From: Tubiluchus corallicola
Lineage: Eukaryota > Animalia > Priapulida
Length of the DNA stretch: 64,000 nucleotides
Assembly: GCA_030141605.1 (NCBI GenBank)
Contig: JAQGDQ010002372.1
Span: 124,001-188,000 of the forward strand
Direction: 5' to 3'
Both the position numbers and the translations under genes were made by a program. The notes under the pieces were generated by a model, which saw nothing but the letters and a program-made list of their open reading frames with translations, had not been told where the DNA came from and did not search any database. Below are positions 13,704 through 61,735 of the stretch, in pieces (within the stretch, counting starts at the first letter, position 1; each line of letters starts with the position of its first letter).

Positions 13704-16149
13704 CTATGGTAATGTAGCTTAGCTGAGTCTTATTTTGTTCAGTTTCTATCGGCACAAGAGTCAAGTCGTCTGGGTTTGTTATAGCCTCCTTGCATATGGC
13801 TTCTGCTCGTGCCCGCCCATTCTTCTAATGTGAAGCCACCTAGATGAGAGATGTTTAAAGACCCACAATTGGCGTACATTCACTACGTTCAATTGGAATG
13901 AAGACGAGCATGGCTAAATCATAATTATGGAAAAATAGAACTGGGTCAGTCGTGCCTAGCCTTATAACACTCTCCCCGATCTTACAAGTCGCCATGATTT
14001 CAAAAAAGACATTTCATTGTGGCTTCTTGCTCTGACAAGATTGAATTTGAATTCAACAAAAGTTTTTTCTTTTGTCTTTCCTTTAAATTCTTACATACTG
14101 CGCAGAAACATATCTTTTAGCAGTATAAAACAATAGATTTTTAAAAAAAAAATTAATTACACATAAACAATTTTCAAAGTAAAATTCAAAGGATGATGCA
14201 CTACATTATGTCGTGTTTTCATGTCAAGCGTCTAAACCGCAGATGGAACATGGGTACCAACAATGTCTCTCGGTGTGAACGTTGCATGCTTATTCATGTA
14301 GTGGAGCAGTTGGCTAATCACTGTATTGATGGGACACTAGTCGTGTTTGTCGGTTTATCTTCATATAAAGGCACTGATTCTGAAGGGTTTGAAAGCCAAC
14401 ATCAAGTGCGAGTTATGTAGGGTAGAAGCAGATTTCATGTCAAGTACTGCGCTGCCAAGGCTTTAAGAAACCAATAACTATGAGAAACCACTTGATTCGT
14501 GTATCCCAAGTTCGTTCTCTAGTTTGCCTGACTGCTACTAAGTTAGTTTCACTAATAGGTAATGAATAATAGTAATTGTGGCTGGTAGTACTGTTTTTTA
14601 CTTTTGTGTTTTCCTGTGTTTTATTTTTTGTGCCTCTATGATGTTTTTTTAGGTGCAATCAATATAAAAACCCCAAAACAACTAGTTTTAGCAGTAACTT
14701 CTCTTTTTTTCATTCATCCACCTGATGATGATAAACAGCAGTGGCAGTAGGACACGTGATGCATTTTTGGTTGTTTTAATTAAAGTGATTTTTTAGTAAT
14801 TGCCACTATTGCCATTAAGAAAAAAATTTGCATTAGCTAGGTTGAATGTACGTGATTACAAAATAACACTTTTAAAGAAAACGTAAGCAGCGTAGAGTAG
14901 TAACTGTTGCCTGTTACTGTAACTGACTAGAACTGAAATAAATAAATGAAGTTGGAACAGCAGAGTTAACGGAAATTGTCCCGGCGGTTAGTACCTATTT
15001 ACTCAACAATGACTAATAAAGCGATAATGTTGATTTGATGGTTTTAGTAATTAAGCGCAGTTAAAGAGCAATCTCTTCTGGAGCTACTAAATGAGAAGTA
15101 TACCCTTTAACATTTACAAATTTCAACGCTAGATGGCAGCACAAAGCAATCACGGGAGAAGATGCAAATACTTTACGCAAGTTGATCGGTTGCCAAGCAT
15201 ATTTTCCTTAGGACTTGGGATTTCTCTGGGTAAAACTTAGCATATTGGTTGTTTCCGGTTATGGTATTAATTTGCAAGAAAATTATTTATATAAATTGTG
15301 TTTTTTTGTTATCCGATCTTATTCAACGAAAAATGACGTTGTTGTTTACTATTTGAAGTTTGCAATTTCCTAAATTGTGTCTAACGTTTACTGTTTAGTA
15401 AACTAACAAAAATTCTTTTCTTCAGCATATTGCCTGTTAATTTTCGGAGGCTTCCAATTCGGCTGTTACGTTTCCTCTCGGCTCATTTGGTCTGTCATTT
15501 CCAATTGGCATACTCATACATATGAGTCATCTTGCTTGTTCAGTCTTCAGAATTGTCTATTCGTATTAATCAATTATTCGATGCTGGTGTCACCAAACTG
15601 TTTCTACAGAGACATTAGGACGATAGAGAATGCTCCACAGTGCATTGAGATACAATTAAGATGAGGCAGCGTCGAGTACAGGCGTTGATAATTGGTTTTT
15701 CGTCAAGCACCGACAGCCACTTTATGCGATACATCTATGTTGTAACTGCGGCGGCACAATTGAAGGCGGGTGCGTCTCAAAACAAAATAACCGAATCAGA
15801 GATAAGCTTAATAGTCAAAATTTCCCCTGCCAGGCCTATATTAATTAAGGTGCAAATTGTCAATAATCGTCAAGGAATAAGTTCTGTAGCAAATTTCAGA
15901 AAAAGTTTAGAAATAAATCTCAACTGAACCCCGCTATTCTTAAAGTTTCAAAAAAATAGGAATACGTCTGTTCTAGTTCTTACTATAACAGTATTCTTAC
16001 TAAAAAAATATGTCAGCTGTATCCGTAAAAGTATAACATTAAACTTTTTAACATGAAAATAATACAGATGTTTAAAAATTTCTTTACTTTGGATTACTAA
16101 GCGTTAATGTTATTGTTCTTCCCGTTTCACTCACACGAGCCTCTGTTCT

Positions 16150-16430
16150 AAGTTAGAGTACTTCAAAGTTCTCAAATCCTTTGATCTACTGTTAAATTTA
16201 TGTTCAGCTGCTACAGACTTTTGTTAATTGCTGATATCCAAGTTGTCTTTGGTTTGCCTGGAGATCGTTTAGCAGTGATCGTTTAATGCTACTGTTTCTG
16301 GCAATCTCATTAAATATCCTCCTTCTTAGCTTTTTGGATTCAATTTTTGAGGTTTAAAGTACCTTTTTGGTTAAGTTGTAGAGCTGCTCATGTTATTTTG
16401 TTAGATTCTAGGACATTGGGTCCCAGCAGT
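16150..16430 (-). mobile_element. Highly decayed RTE-clade LINE 3' fragment
   Basis: Minus-strand translation gives YLMRLPET...KRSPGKPKTTWISAINKSL, the RTE C-terminal GRPKTTW-type motif. Confidence 0.55.
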
Positions 16431-16713
16431 TGGGCCCCATATCATACACGGTCATTTTATTTTAAAAACTTTTTATGTAAGCCTCCGTGAAATTGTATAC
16501 ATATTCTAGATCCATACATCAATTTCTTTTTCTTGTGTTGCGAATTCTAACACTACATTTCACTATTGTACATGAAGATACTGGTTTACGTATCCATTAA
16601 AGAGCCGCAGCCTTATTTTGAGAGATATACCGCTTAAACAATTGATTTATTCTGGGTAAAAAACATGGCCTTCTGTTTTTTATTCTTAATAATATCATCT
16701 TCTGTACTGAGCA

Positions 16714-16796
<83 letters not shown>

Positions 16797-16797
16797 T

Positions 16798-16892
<95 letters not shown>

Positions 16893-16933
16893 ATAGTAGT
16901 AGTAGTAGTGCTAGTAGTTGTTGTTGTTGTTGC

Positions 16934-16990
<57 letters not shown>
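16714..16990. repeat. Compound microsatellite (TAT)n-(TAG)n-(TTG)n
   Basis: Read directly. Confidence 0.98.
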
Positions 16991-19579
16991 AGCAGCGTTA
17001 AGAATTTGTTAGCTTTAAAATAACAATATTCTTACCAATAGAGTGTATTAAGTAATACATTTTTTACCAAAAAATGCTGCGTTTAACAACATTTTTAATT
17101 GTCAACATCAAAATGTGTCAGATAACTGTAAAAACAAAATTTTCACTAACAAAGTATTACAATTAACAATGTTCTTTACCTGTTAAAAATATCATTAATA
17201 AACACTTTGTGCAGAACAAACAGTAGATACTGCATTAATTGACAGTGAGACGCTGTTCTCAATTGACAAAGTAGAAAAGCCTTATGAATTTACTGGCCAG
17301 GGAAACATTTCAACGGTAAAACTGATAATAATACCATCATCCACATGTAGTTAATACAATTAATTAACATTTGTCCCAGTGGCTTTCGGCATTAAATATA
17401 GTTAGTTTTTGAGAAAAAATGATAAAAAATTGTTACTAAAAGGCATTTATTTTTTAATATATTTATTACATTAAGCAAGACTAGGTAGCTGAGATAGTCA
17501 TTTGTCTTATATTGTTTACATAGAATTTTTGGCATATCTCAGCTGGTTAGCTGACTCATATTTCACAGGGTGCCTAATTTAGCGTTTATTTCACCTTGTT
17601 CATATTTATGCAGGTGGTACGTGGCTGGTTGCGTTTATTTTTAGCACAACCTTCAGTGCAGACTGCCAAACGATGTAAAAACAATAATGCTTGTTAAAAT
17701 TTTGACCGCAGAAACAACTATTTGGAAATAGCGGCAATCATCTTGGTTATTAGGTTTCGATCTGTCTAAACCAATAAGTCTAATATGACAAAAAGATATC
17801 TGGCAGTGTCGCCGCCAACTCGATCCGCTAAATGTTTTCCAGAAATATAAGTGTACGACAGTCGATGCCAAACGAAAATTGATCTAGAAATTGTCTGAAC
17901 GCCGTTTTCGGTCAACACTACAGCGAGTTTTGAATGGAAATGATGCAGAGGCGGCATTTATCACTCACTTGAGACAAAGCGATTCCAAGAATATAAAACT
18001 TAATGTGCATAAGGAACATTCGAAATAAGTTTTCATCTATTAGTCACTGGCAGCTTTGTGCGAACGTCTACCCAAGAGATAAGCTATATACTTATATAGA
18101 TGCACTCTGTAGGTTTTAAATTGTTATTAATATGTTTGTGTGTCGGGATAAACCCACATGCTTACAAAATTTTTGAAACTAAGCAAGAAAGAAAAAGTGT
18201 GAAAATTCGAGACTGAAACTGTACTTGAATTAGGGATTTTCCGATTACAAGTTCAAGTACCAAAATTGAAGAGTAGTTTACTTTCGCATGTAATAAGGTG
18301 AGAGAAATAATTTTGTGTCTTTGGCTCGAAGGTCTAACAGTATCTGCAGTATCCTCGGCTGCAGATAAAGAAAACTTGTCGGTAGATGTAGAAAAATGCG
18401 GTATCCAGGAAACCACATGATGTGCTACATGGTTTTCATACAGCAGTTGAGGTTTGCCCGCACTTCGAACAAACTTTGTTCGGCGTTTTTGAGCAACATT
18501 CAGTGTATCTCTAGTAAAAGCAGGTACCTGTTGCGAAGTAGCTAAAACTCTTAACTCTGAAGACGAAAAAATCTTTAGCGCAGACTCAACGGTGCCGTAC
18601 TGAAATACTGAACGTCAGAATATCGTGGTAAGACTGCAGGACCAGATTTGTGGGAAAATCTTTGAACTGCAACCCTCCGTACTGGCCACCAGTGAATTGT
18701 CGGCGATGGAGTTGAGAAATTGTCAGGAACATGCAGAATAATAGACTTAAAAAGTGTCAGAATGTTCTTCTAGCATCTTCCTTGCCAGTGGAAATGCACC
18801 AGTGAATCGAGCACGGAACTGTTGCCTCCCTGCCTACTTGTAGATGCCAGTATACAATGGCTCCCTAATGGATGGAACCATTCCAATGTACGAGTGTGAA
18901 AAAATGGCATTTCACTTAAAATACTTCACGTGGATATATGTCAACGAATTTTGCGTCGATTGACGAAGTCGGATTTTTGATCCGCCATTTTGAATTCAAG
19001 ATGTCGGCAAATAACATCATTTTCGAAAAAAGCATAAGGCTCCGCTAGTTCGCGACGGATCGTCATGAGACTTTATGCGAATATGTTAGAAGAAAGTCCG
19101 GGTTGACCCATGAAATTTTTGACCTGCCGTCTTGAATTCAGTGAGTCACCGGCTACAATAAATCGAGTCGAACTTGATCTTTCGCAAATCGTGTTGTATT
19201 TACTGTATCCGAAGAAACTGTATCAGCGTTATTCAGTAAAGTTGCGGGTTTTGTTTAATTGTTTGTTTGTTTAATTCTCTGATATATGTTCTTGTTGTTG
19301 CTCCAGAAAATTTGTCTTATAGTGCCATTAATGAGATTAAGAAAGCATATTTAAACGAAGTGGCCTATAATGGGATTAAAAGGTAGCTTAACAGATTAGT
19401 AACGGACCTTACTTGTATCTGACTTGTATTGCTTGCCTTTACAGCAAAAGTTTTATATAAAAAATCTGGATGTTTAGTTAAATTCAACGATGAAATAACA
19501 ATAATTTTCTTACACAAACTCAGTAAACTGATGCCCAACATTATAATAACTGGTTTCTTCAGTAACTGGTAACTGAGAG

Positions 19580-19770
19580 TCGGTGGGTAGTATTTTGCTC
19601 AGTTCGTTAGGAGCGGGACAGGGATCCAACTCAATCCTTACTTAATGTAGATGGCTGTGACTGGGCTGGGATTTGGATCACTATCAAGGATCATCCCCTA
19701 AGGTGAGACATTGAACCAGTAGATGAATTTGAATCACGTTCGGATGCGGGTACATCCTACGTCAATGACG
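19580..19770 (+). mobile_element. Possible decayed tRNA-derived SINE
   Basis: TGCTCAGTTCGTTAG A-box-like start and a GGTGAGACATTGAACC core-like motif; heavily degraded. Confidence 0.3.
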
Positions 19771-21539
19771 CAATAGGCAGTTGAAGTCATTCAGAAGCAA
19801 GTTTTTTGGCTTTCATGCATCCATTTACTGGTGTGGTTCATTGTTGCCTAACCTTCATTACAAAACAGAAAACAAACTGTTATTTTGTCTTATAAGTAAG
19901 CTAGCTGTTCAGTTTGAGTAACCCTTGTAAGATGTCTATCTTGTAAATTGCCTATTCAATGTCAAGGATTTTCAAATAATGATAGAAATAAAAATAATAA
20001 AATTACTCAACCTGAGTGATTTCGTTTGCCTGATGTACATGTACAGGCGCTTTCTTTTTATTTGGGGTAACAGTGGTTATTCTCGGAGAATCCTCAGTTG
20101 AAAAATGAATCTTATATTGTGGTATAATTATGTTACGCTTTGGAGCTGATATTCTTTTCCAAAAGAAGCAGAGGCCTTCATTCGTACATTGTAATGCTCC
20201 ATGTCTATTAAAGAGTCATTATTTAAACGGTAGAGCCATTTAGACGGACACATAATTTGATTGTGCAGTGTTATCTCTATCAATATGCGTAGCACGATAC
20301 CGTCCACAGTAGCCTTTGCGTTGAGTACAATTCCTAATCTATACTACATTTCTAGTGAACTTCGACAGAAAAGTTTCCCTCGGATTACTGCACTGGGCTC
20401 ACTGTGCATTACTATGCGTGACAGTGCCGGTTAATTAAAGATTATTAATCAAATATTAGCTAATATCTGACAGAGGCTTAACTTAAACGATGAAAGAGTG
20501 TGGTTTTCAATGTTGTCATAATCAAGTCATTTGCGATCGAAGAATTTTGCGTGCGCGTATGTCAACATGTGTTTGCTTACACATAGACCATTGCTCTAGT
20601 TGGTCTAGTCTGTGGTTTCTTTGTTTCACGTTGTGTTGACATTGCTCTTTGGAGTTTTTCGACGCTGATGACATACCACAGGAGGAATCAATGCATCAAT
20701 GCCTGTGTTGACTACTGGGGGGAACAAGAAGCCAAGATAGAAACCAAACAACTTTACACTGCGTTCGAGAACGCCAGGAAGTTGATTGTGTGCAGTGCGG
20801 AATTTAATTTCCGCAAAATGTGTGAAAACGCTCGTATAATAGTCATTTGAGCACTGCATTTCTGCAAACACGGAGGCAAATATATGTAGGTTTGATTTGC
20901 AAATTACGAGCCTGGAATTTTTAAGCTATAGTGACTGTTTAAAGGTGAATAATACATTTCGTAATATGTTATCATAAAGGCTGTCCTTATTTTGACATCG
21001 TTTTAGACTACAATTTCGTGAAATGTAAGTAGCACGTCATTTGTAAGCACTTTGACACATGATAAATGAATAAACGAAGTCTAATTATAACATACTTCAC
21101 ACATGCTATTACAGTATTGTCATTAGCGACAATTGATTCAAATTAGTGCACCTAACTCCTGCAGTGGCATTTCTGACGCACTTTGAAGATTTCTTTCCAG
21201 TGAAACCAAACTTCGTAAGTACGCATCTGTTTGACGATTCAGTGTGCTTACAACTGAGCGCAGACAATTGAATAAAATAAACCTGAGAAGGTTTCTCGTG
21301 GCAAGCTTAACAATTTAGTTCTCAATCGATGCCCAAAGCAGCGCATTAGAGATGGACGGGGCTTCTACTGTGAATGAACAATGAACAAACCTAAAAATAG
21401 AAAACAACGCTTTCGCTTAAACGTTTATGTATGGACTGGGAAAAGGTGGTGTTCTGTGATGGTTTATTAATTACATTCTCAATATGAAGAAGTAAAAACA
21501 GCTCTGTCAAGTCGTTTGTTTGCTGGCCAAAACAGTCTT

Positions 21540-56440
<34,901 letters not shown>

Positions 56441-56803
56441 CGTACTAGGTATTATACTAATTAAATCATTTGCAGCAACAAGTTTACGAACAGGTAGATG
56501 TCTCGTTTGTATAAATGTAATTCATGCTTGAGGCGGTTTTCAATTTCCAAAGCAAATTGGCTTTGCTTGACTTTTGCGCTATGTGTCATAGGTGTTTCAT
56601 AAAACGTTTGTGTCGGTTGAAGTACTTGATAAGTATAAATTTTCTAAATTGATCTTGTCATTAGTTTATAAGCCTATAGATGAGAAGAAAGTAATGTTTC
56701 GTACATATTAAGATTAAGTAATTGTATTTGTTTGTAATTTTATTGTAAATAATGTTGTACTATACGTTCGTTGTTACATACTCAACTTGTTTGTAAATTT
56801 ATT

Positions 56804-56809
56804 AATAAA
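56804..56809 (+). terminator. Candidate polyadenylation signal of the Gfrl-like gene (alternative at 57219-57224)
   Basis: AATAAA within a T-rich 3' UTR-like stretch after the stop codon; the motif is common in AT-rich DNA. Confidence 0.3.
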
Positions 56810-57350
56810 ATTTAGAAGTCAGTTCGGTGCTAACAAAGGCAGATCAAAGTATTTGTCAAAGTTTGTTTATCTTTTAAGTTAATATTATTATAATTTTGTA
56901 CTTTAATTATGAATAATTTGTAAATATTATGCCTGAATGTCATATTGTGAACAAAGGACGCATTAATTTTGTACATCAAGTTATAATTTTTAGTGTACAG
57001 TTGAAAGAATTTAGTATATTTGCTTCGTATAGTTCATGGATGCAATTACATCATTAAATTATCGTTATTTTTTGACTGCTGCGTAGAATTTCTTCACGAA
57101 GGAAAAATTATATTTTATCTGTTCTGTCTTTTGGGTTTAACTTATATGATTTTTTATAATTAACTAAAACATTAGTATTTACAGTATTTACTATGACTAT
57201 CATTGTTATTATAATTGTAATAAAAGAAAAGTAAAAAACGTTGGCTTTAAAATAAATATTAGATAAACATTAGATACGTAATAGCACTAGCACCACTAAA
57301 TTGCCTGTATTGCATTATTGCATTGTAAATTTATTTAAGGTTCGGCTTAC

Positions 57351-57429
57351 AATGATTATGATGATGATGATGATAATGATGATGACGACGACGACGACGA
57401 TGATGATGGTGGTGGTGGTGATGGTGATG

Positions 57430-57494
<65 letters not shown>
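57351..57494. repeat. (GAT)n / (GAC)n / (GGT)n compound microsatellite
   Basis: Read directly. Confidence 0.97.
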
Positions 57495-58379
57495 AGACTG
57501 TGATGCCAACGATGATGACAAAGCATACCTTCACTCGAAACCAGTAATCAGTAAGCAGCTAAAAGACAAGTCCTTTGATTACTGCATAAACAAAACAGAT
57601 TACAAGAACTTGAGTTATTAAGGGGCGCTACAAGATAAGGTACATAAAGATAAGATTATCTTTTTTTCGGGCAAAAATCCATATCAGAACAGACGTACAA
57701 TATAAACCACAATACGTATGTATAATACATACATATACGCATCATACATGCATAAAATGCTACCACAATAAAATGATTTACAGAATAAAAAATGGCAAAA
57801 TACAAAAAGTGCCTGTATATAGCTTATATGTCCAGTAGTGATCCATTTTAATTAAGAAAATACAAGCACTGTTAAAATTTAAAACAACTAAGTTTAGCAT
57901 TAATAAGTTGCACACTTAAATCATAAAAATACGTATTAAAAAGTTTGGGTGACAGCATACAGTAACTACAAAGATTCAGAAATAATATCCGCCCATCTTA
58001 CACGCATGTGATGAGTATCATATGTTGTGTATCAGTAGAATAACAAACGTAATAGTAGTATTTTTATTGACATTAAGATCAACAAGATTACATGTACATT
58101 TACAATACGTGTAACGTGCAATGCGTGTAATGATACGTGTAACGCGCAATATTACAAACGAAACAAATATTAGTTTACAAATATTGCTAAAGTAGAGTGC
58201 AAAATACACAGCAATGGCAGTAAATTTTTTTAACATAACATCGAAAAAGGTATTAATAACCAGATAACAATTTAGTGAAAATTTTTAGCTAACTTATCTG
58301 TTACAGAAACACACTTACAGAAACAAATTAAGAATATCGCTTAAAAATTTTCCGCAAGTTGAAGGGTTGAACGAAACTC

Positions 58380-58830
58380 CAAAACATTACATAAATTTAG
58401 ATTGTATTTTTCTCTCACCGCTTTTGTTAATTCACAAATAGTAACGATGCAACGATATGGAAAACGCATCCGCATTCGCGTGCTACATAAAGTCGATTAA
58501 CTAGCATGCAGATGCGGATGCGTCTTCCACATGCGGAATAGGTAAAATCGGTTTATATTGTTTTCAATGCACACGTTTATGCAGCCTACGTAAGCGTTAT
58601 TCCTTTTCTGCAGCCATTTCCCGTTCTTTTAAGCATATAGATGCACATGTCCGTGTCGTGTTTTTTTTGTAACTGAATAGGCATCTATAGTAGCAAGTTT
58701 ACCATAGTAACGGCACAACAGAAGGGATTCCAAGAGTTTGCTTGAGATACTTGACAGGGTGGCAGTTGTTCACATCTGTTAGCTTGCCGTTTTTGTCTTT
58801 TACGAGTGGCACAAGAATGCTGTCAGTGAG
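58380..58830 (-). mobile_element. Old CR1/L2-group-like LINE remnant, left half (RT start and 3' end)
   Basis: TDSILVPLVKDKNGKLTDVNNCHPV is a decayed pre-RT motif (PxxK...NYRP); SASA-like C-terminal remnant. It is interrupted by the hAT-like element. Confidence 0.6.
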
Positions 58831-59005
58831 CAAGGCTGGTAGTACGGTACGGTACGAAAAAAATACCATATTTCGTACCTTTAAAAACACCGTAGATTAG
58901 GGGGGCAGTGGTGTCGGGGAGATTGTATAGGATGGAAAAATCCCACCCTCCGACACTTTGCTGAGGCCTTCGACAGGCCCATTGCAATTATTCACTGCTA
59001 TACGT

Positions 59006-60052
59006 CTATTGGTCGTACTCGGCAAGCCTTCCAGCTTGCTTCAGATACGCCGCTAGTTTTTTCAGGTTTAAGTTCTCTACAACTGCTCTAAGTGTTGTAT
59101 TTTTATTTCCCAGACATTTGATACGAGCACCCTGGTAGGCGGTGCATCGTCCCACGTGATGGTCCGGTGTTTCGTCTTCCTGACCACATTTCGGGCAAAT
59201 CGCGGATTGTGCTCGACAAGTGGTTTTTTTATGTTTTTGGAGATTACAGTGTCCGGTTAGGACCTGTATAACCATGTCGAGTTGAGTTCTACTGAGATTC
59301 AGGAGCCTATTGCAGACTCGGGCCGAGGCCCAGCCCACATGTTCCTTCGTTCTCTTGCAGTCCTCACGATTATTCCACGACGTTTCCCATCGTTTTAGAC
59401 TCCATCCCTTAATCGCGTAGACACAGCTAGCGTAAGGGACGGGCAGATAGGGTTCTGGTCCCTCCGGAGAGAGCTCAGATCCCTTTTTAGCAAGTTTGTC
59501 CGCCTCTTAGTTACCATGTACTCCTTCGTGTCCAGGAATCCATGTAACCAAGACTCGGTTTCTTTTTCCAAGTATGTTCAAGTTTTCAACACAACGTAAA
59601 ACCGAGATAGATTTTACTGTATTGTTTTCAGTAGCTTTAATAGCCGCCTGGCTGTCTGACAGGATGACTATTGATTGATTCTGGAGTCCTTCCGAAGACA
59701 TTATCTCCGCCGCTTGTGAGATGGCGAAAACTTCTGCCTGGAAAACAGTACTCAATTTCCCAAGATAGAAGAACTCCTCCAATACTCTGGACTCAGTCGG
59801 ATACTCGATACGTATACCTGCACCGATCCTTCCGCCCAGTTTGGAACCATCGGTATAACACCTGACACAGTTCCTATCCATTTCGCCTTCCGATTTGATA
59901 GCGATTTCTCTTTCCTGAATCTGGCATTCGAAATTTTTTTCGAACACGCGTGTTCTTTTTCTTAAATCACCCGGCATATGCAACAGTTGGAGGTCGCGCC
60001 TATAGCTATTGCACACATCGATATGACTTTTAGACTTACCAAAAGTTCCCAC
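59006..60052 (-). pseudogene. LINE ORF2 C-terminal part: RNase H plus CCHC zinc knuckle, with one in-frame stop
   Basis: YTDGS, TVFQAEVFAI, ILSDSQAAI and WIPGHEGVHGN*EADKLAKKG (TAA at 59507-59509), then LTGHC and CPKC..ETPDH..C. Confidence 0.88.
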
Positions 60053-61352
60053 GGTCTTCGCTGTCCGTTAATTTACCGTCTTCTTTATACACACAGCTTA
60101 ACTGCGCTGCTTTATTTCGGCGGAGGACCTTTACCAACCTAGCAGTTGGTGCCTGATCTTCCATCTTTTCCGTGAAACTCCGCCAGGATTGGCGTTTCGC
60201 CTTCCGGACGGCGTTTTTGAATATAGACTGGGTTAGCTTTCTTGTTTCCCAGTCTCGTTGATTTTTAGTCTTAGTGGCTCTCCTGCAAGCCCTGCGCGCC
60301 TCCTTGCGGAGACGGCTTAGCTCCGGATTCCACCATTTGTTCCCATCCTTCTTCCTCTGCCTACGTAATGGGCAAGCAGTTTCATAAGAATGAATAACAG
60401 CAGCCTGAACTTCATCAGCCAAATCCTCAATATCCTCATTGGAGGACACCTTGTATTCCCGGTTCAGTTCTGGAAGTTTATGCTCAAGTTCTTCCGCATA
60501 CTTTTCCCAGCAAGTACGGCGGATGTTCCTGATGAGTGGGTTTTCTTTTGAAATACTGCTTTTCACTAGGAATCTTATATACATGTGGTCCGACAGCGAT
60601 GGCACGTCACTGACATACCAATCGCATACTATGTCCCCTGCATGCAGATTCCTCAGTGTCAGGTCTAGCACCTCTTCTCTTGCTTTTGTTCGGAACGTTG
60701 GTTTACGGCCAACATTACAGAACTCAAGATTAGCGCTTGCACAATACTCCAAGAGTTCCTCACCCCTGTCGTTGACATCGGTGGAACCCCATAACGTATG
60801 ATGCGCATTAGCATCAGTCCCCACAATAATTGGAGTTTTATCGCCGTCCCCGAATGATATCAGTTCCCTGAGTAACATAGGGGGAGCCGGTTGATCATGC
60901 ACCATGTATGCCGAGGCGAAAATGAACTCATCTCCATCCCGGCACACATTTTTTGCTTTAACCACCACAATGTCTGTATTCGAGAACACTGGAAGTAAAA
61001 AGCATTTTAGGTTAGGAGTGGCATAAATGCACGCCCGAGGCCTTTCTCCATTCCGGTTTCCCTGGAACAGATCCCATCCTCGGAGTTTACCCCTAACTTC
61101 CCCACCGTGCGTCCAGGGTTCCTGTACAAAGACTAACCCGGTACGTATGTGTTTTACAACATCCTGCAAGTTGTAACTCGCAGCTTTGCTTTTGTGAAGA
61201 TTGATTTGCCAGCACTCAATACCAGAGACACTTTGTGCTGGCTTCTCACCTATTTTATCCAAATTGTCCCCGGAAATAACATTCAATCTACCGTGGGTAT
61301 TTCCACCGAAGACTGTCTGCGGCCGGGATTTTACTTTAGCCCCTGTTCCCAT
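60036..61352 (-). pseudogene. LINE ORF2 N-terminal part: apurinic-like endonuclease, broken just before the RT
   Basis: WQINLHKS, VQEPW, GTDANAHHTLWGS, VLDLTL and SDH motifs, then WWNPEL and AKRQSWRSF. It ends at an internal deletion near 60060. Confidence 0.88.
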
Positions 61353-61364
61353 ACTTTTCTGTAT

Positions 61365-61722
61365 TTACGTTTCCATACTGGACTCGGGTGCCTTCATCTG
61401 CGATTGCTCGACAGACGGCAGCTCCTTTGTTCCAGTGGCAACGTCGGGGGTTTTTCCACCCTCGGTACTCACTTCTGGACCCTTATCCACCGTTTGAACA
61501 GGTGTTTCCGGTTCCTTGGCTTTCCCTTGGTTTTTCTTTTTGGACTGGAACGTGACTCGTTTGCATCCGGCGTACGGAGCAAACTCCAGTCGTTCCAGAC
61601 CTGACAGGGACGGTTCCCAGACCGCTACTACGTGTAGCATTCCGCCGACCCCTTTTGACCCACCGCGGACCTCCATGTGCTTCCGTTGGAGTTCCGAATT
61701 ACATCGGTCCACCAACGTCAGC
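61365..61722 (-). pseudogene. C-terminal remnant of LINE ORF1
   Basis: Open frame up to the 5' truncation point and TSD. It is in the same frame as the EN ORF, and LEFAPYAGCKRVTF resembles the end of Loa-type ORF1 (from memory). Confidence 0.55.
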
Positions 61723-61735
61723 TAAAAACACCGTA

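Larger units (their letters stand above)
58895..61722 (-). mobile_element. 5'-truncated, RT-deleted non-LTR retrotransposon of the Loa/R1 group (ORF1 tail, AP endonuclease, RNase H, CCHC)
   Basis: Perfect 13-bp TSD TAAAAACACCGTA at 58882-58894 and 61723-61735. EN, RNase H and CCHC motifs are present. The 3' UTR has AATGGGCCT-gtcga-AGGCC, a small hairpin, and ends ...CCTAATC. Confidence 0.88.

Noticed and set aside
18960-19150. CCGCCATTTTGAATTC-type motifs typical of interspersed repeats
   Set aside because: Probably a transposon remnant, but no ends or family could be defined.
21201-21214. 14-nt segment between TTTCTTTCCAG and GTAAGT
   Set aside because: It could be a 5' UTR exon end, but cannot be supported without transcripts.
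59671-61725. Plus-strand ORFs overlapping the LINE
   Set aside because: They are antisense to EN, RNase H and ORF1 and have no recognisable motifs.
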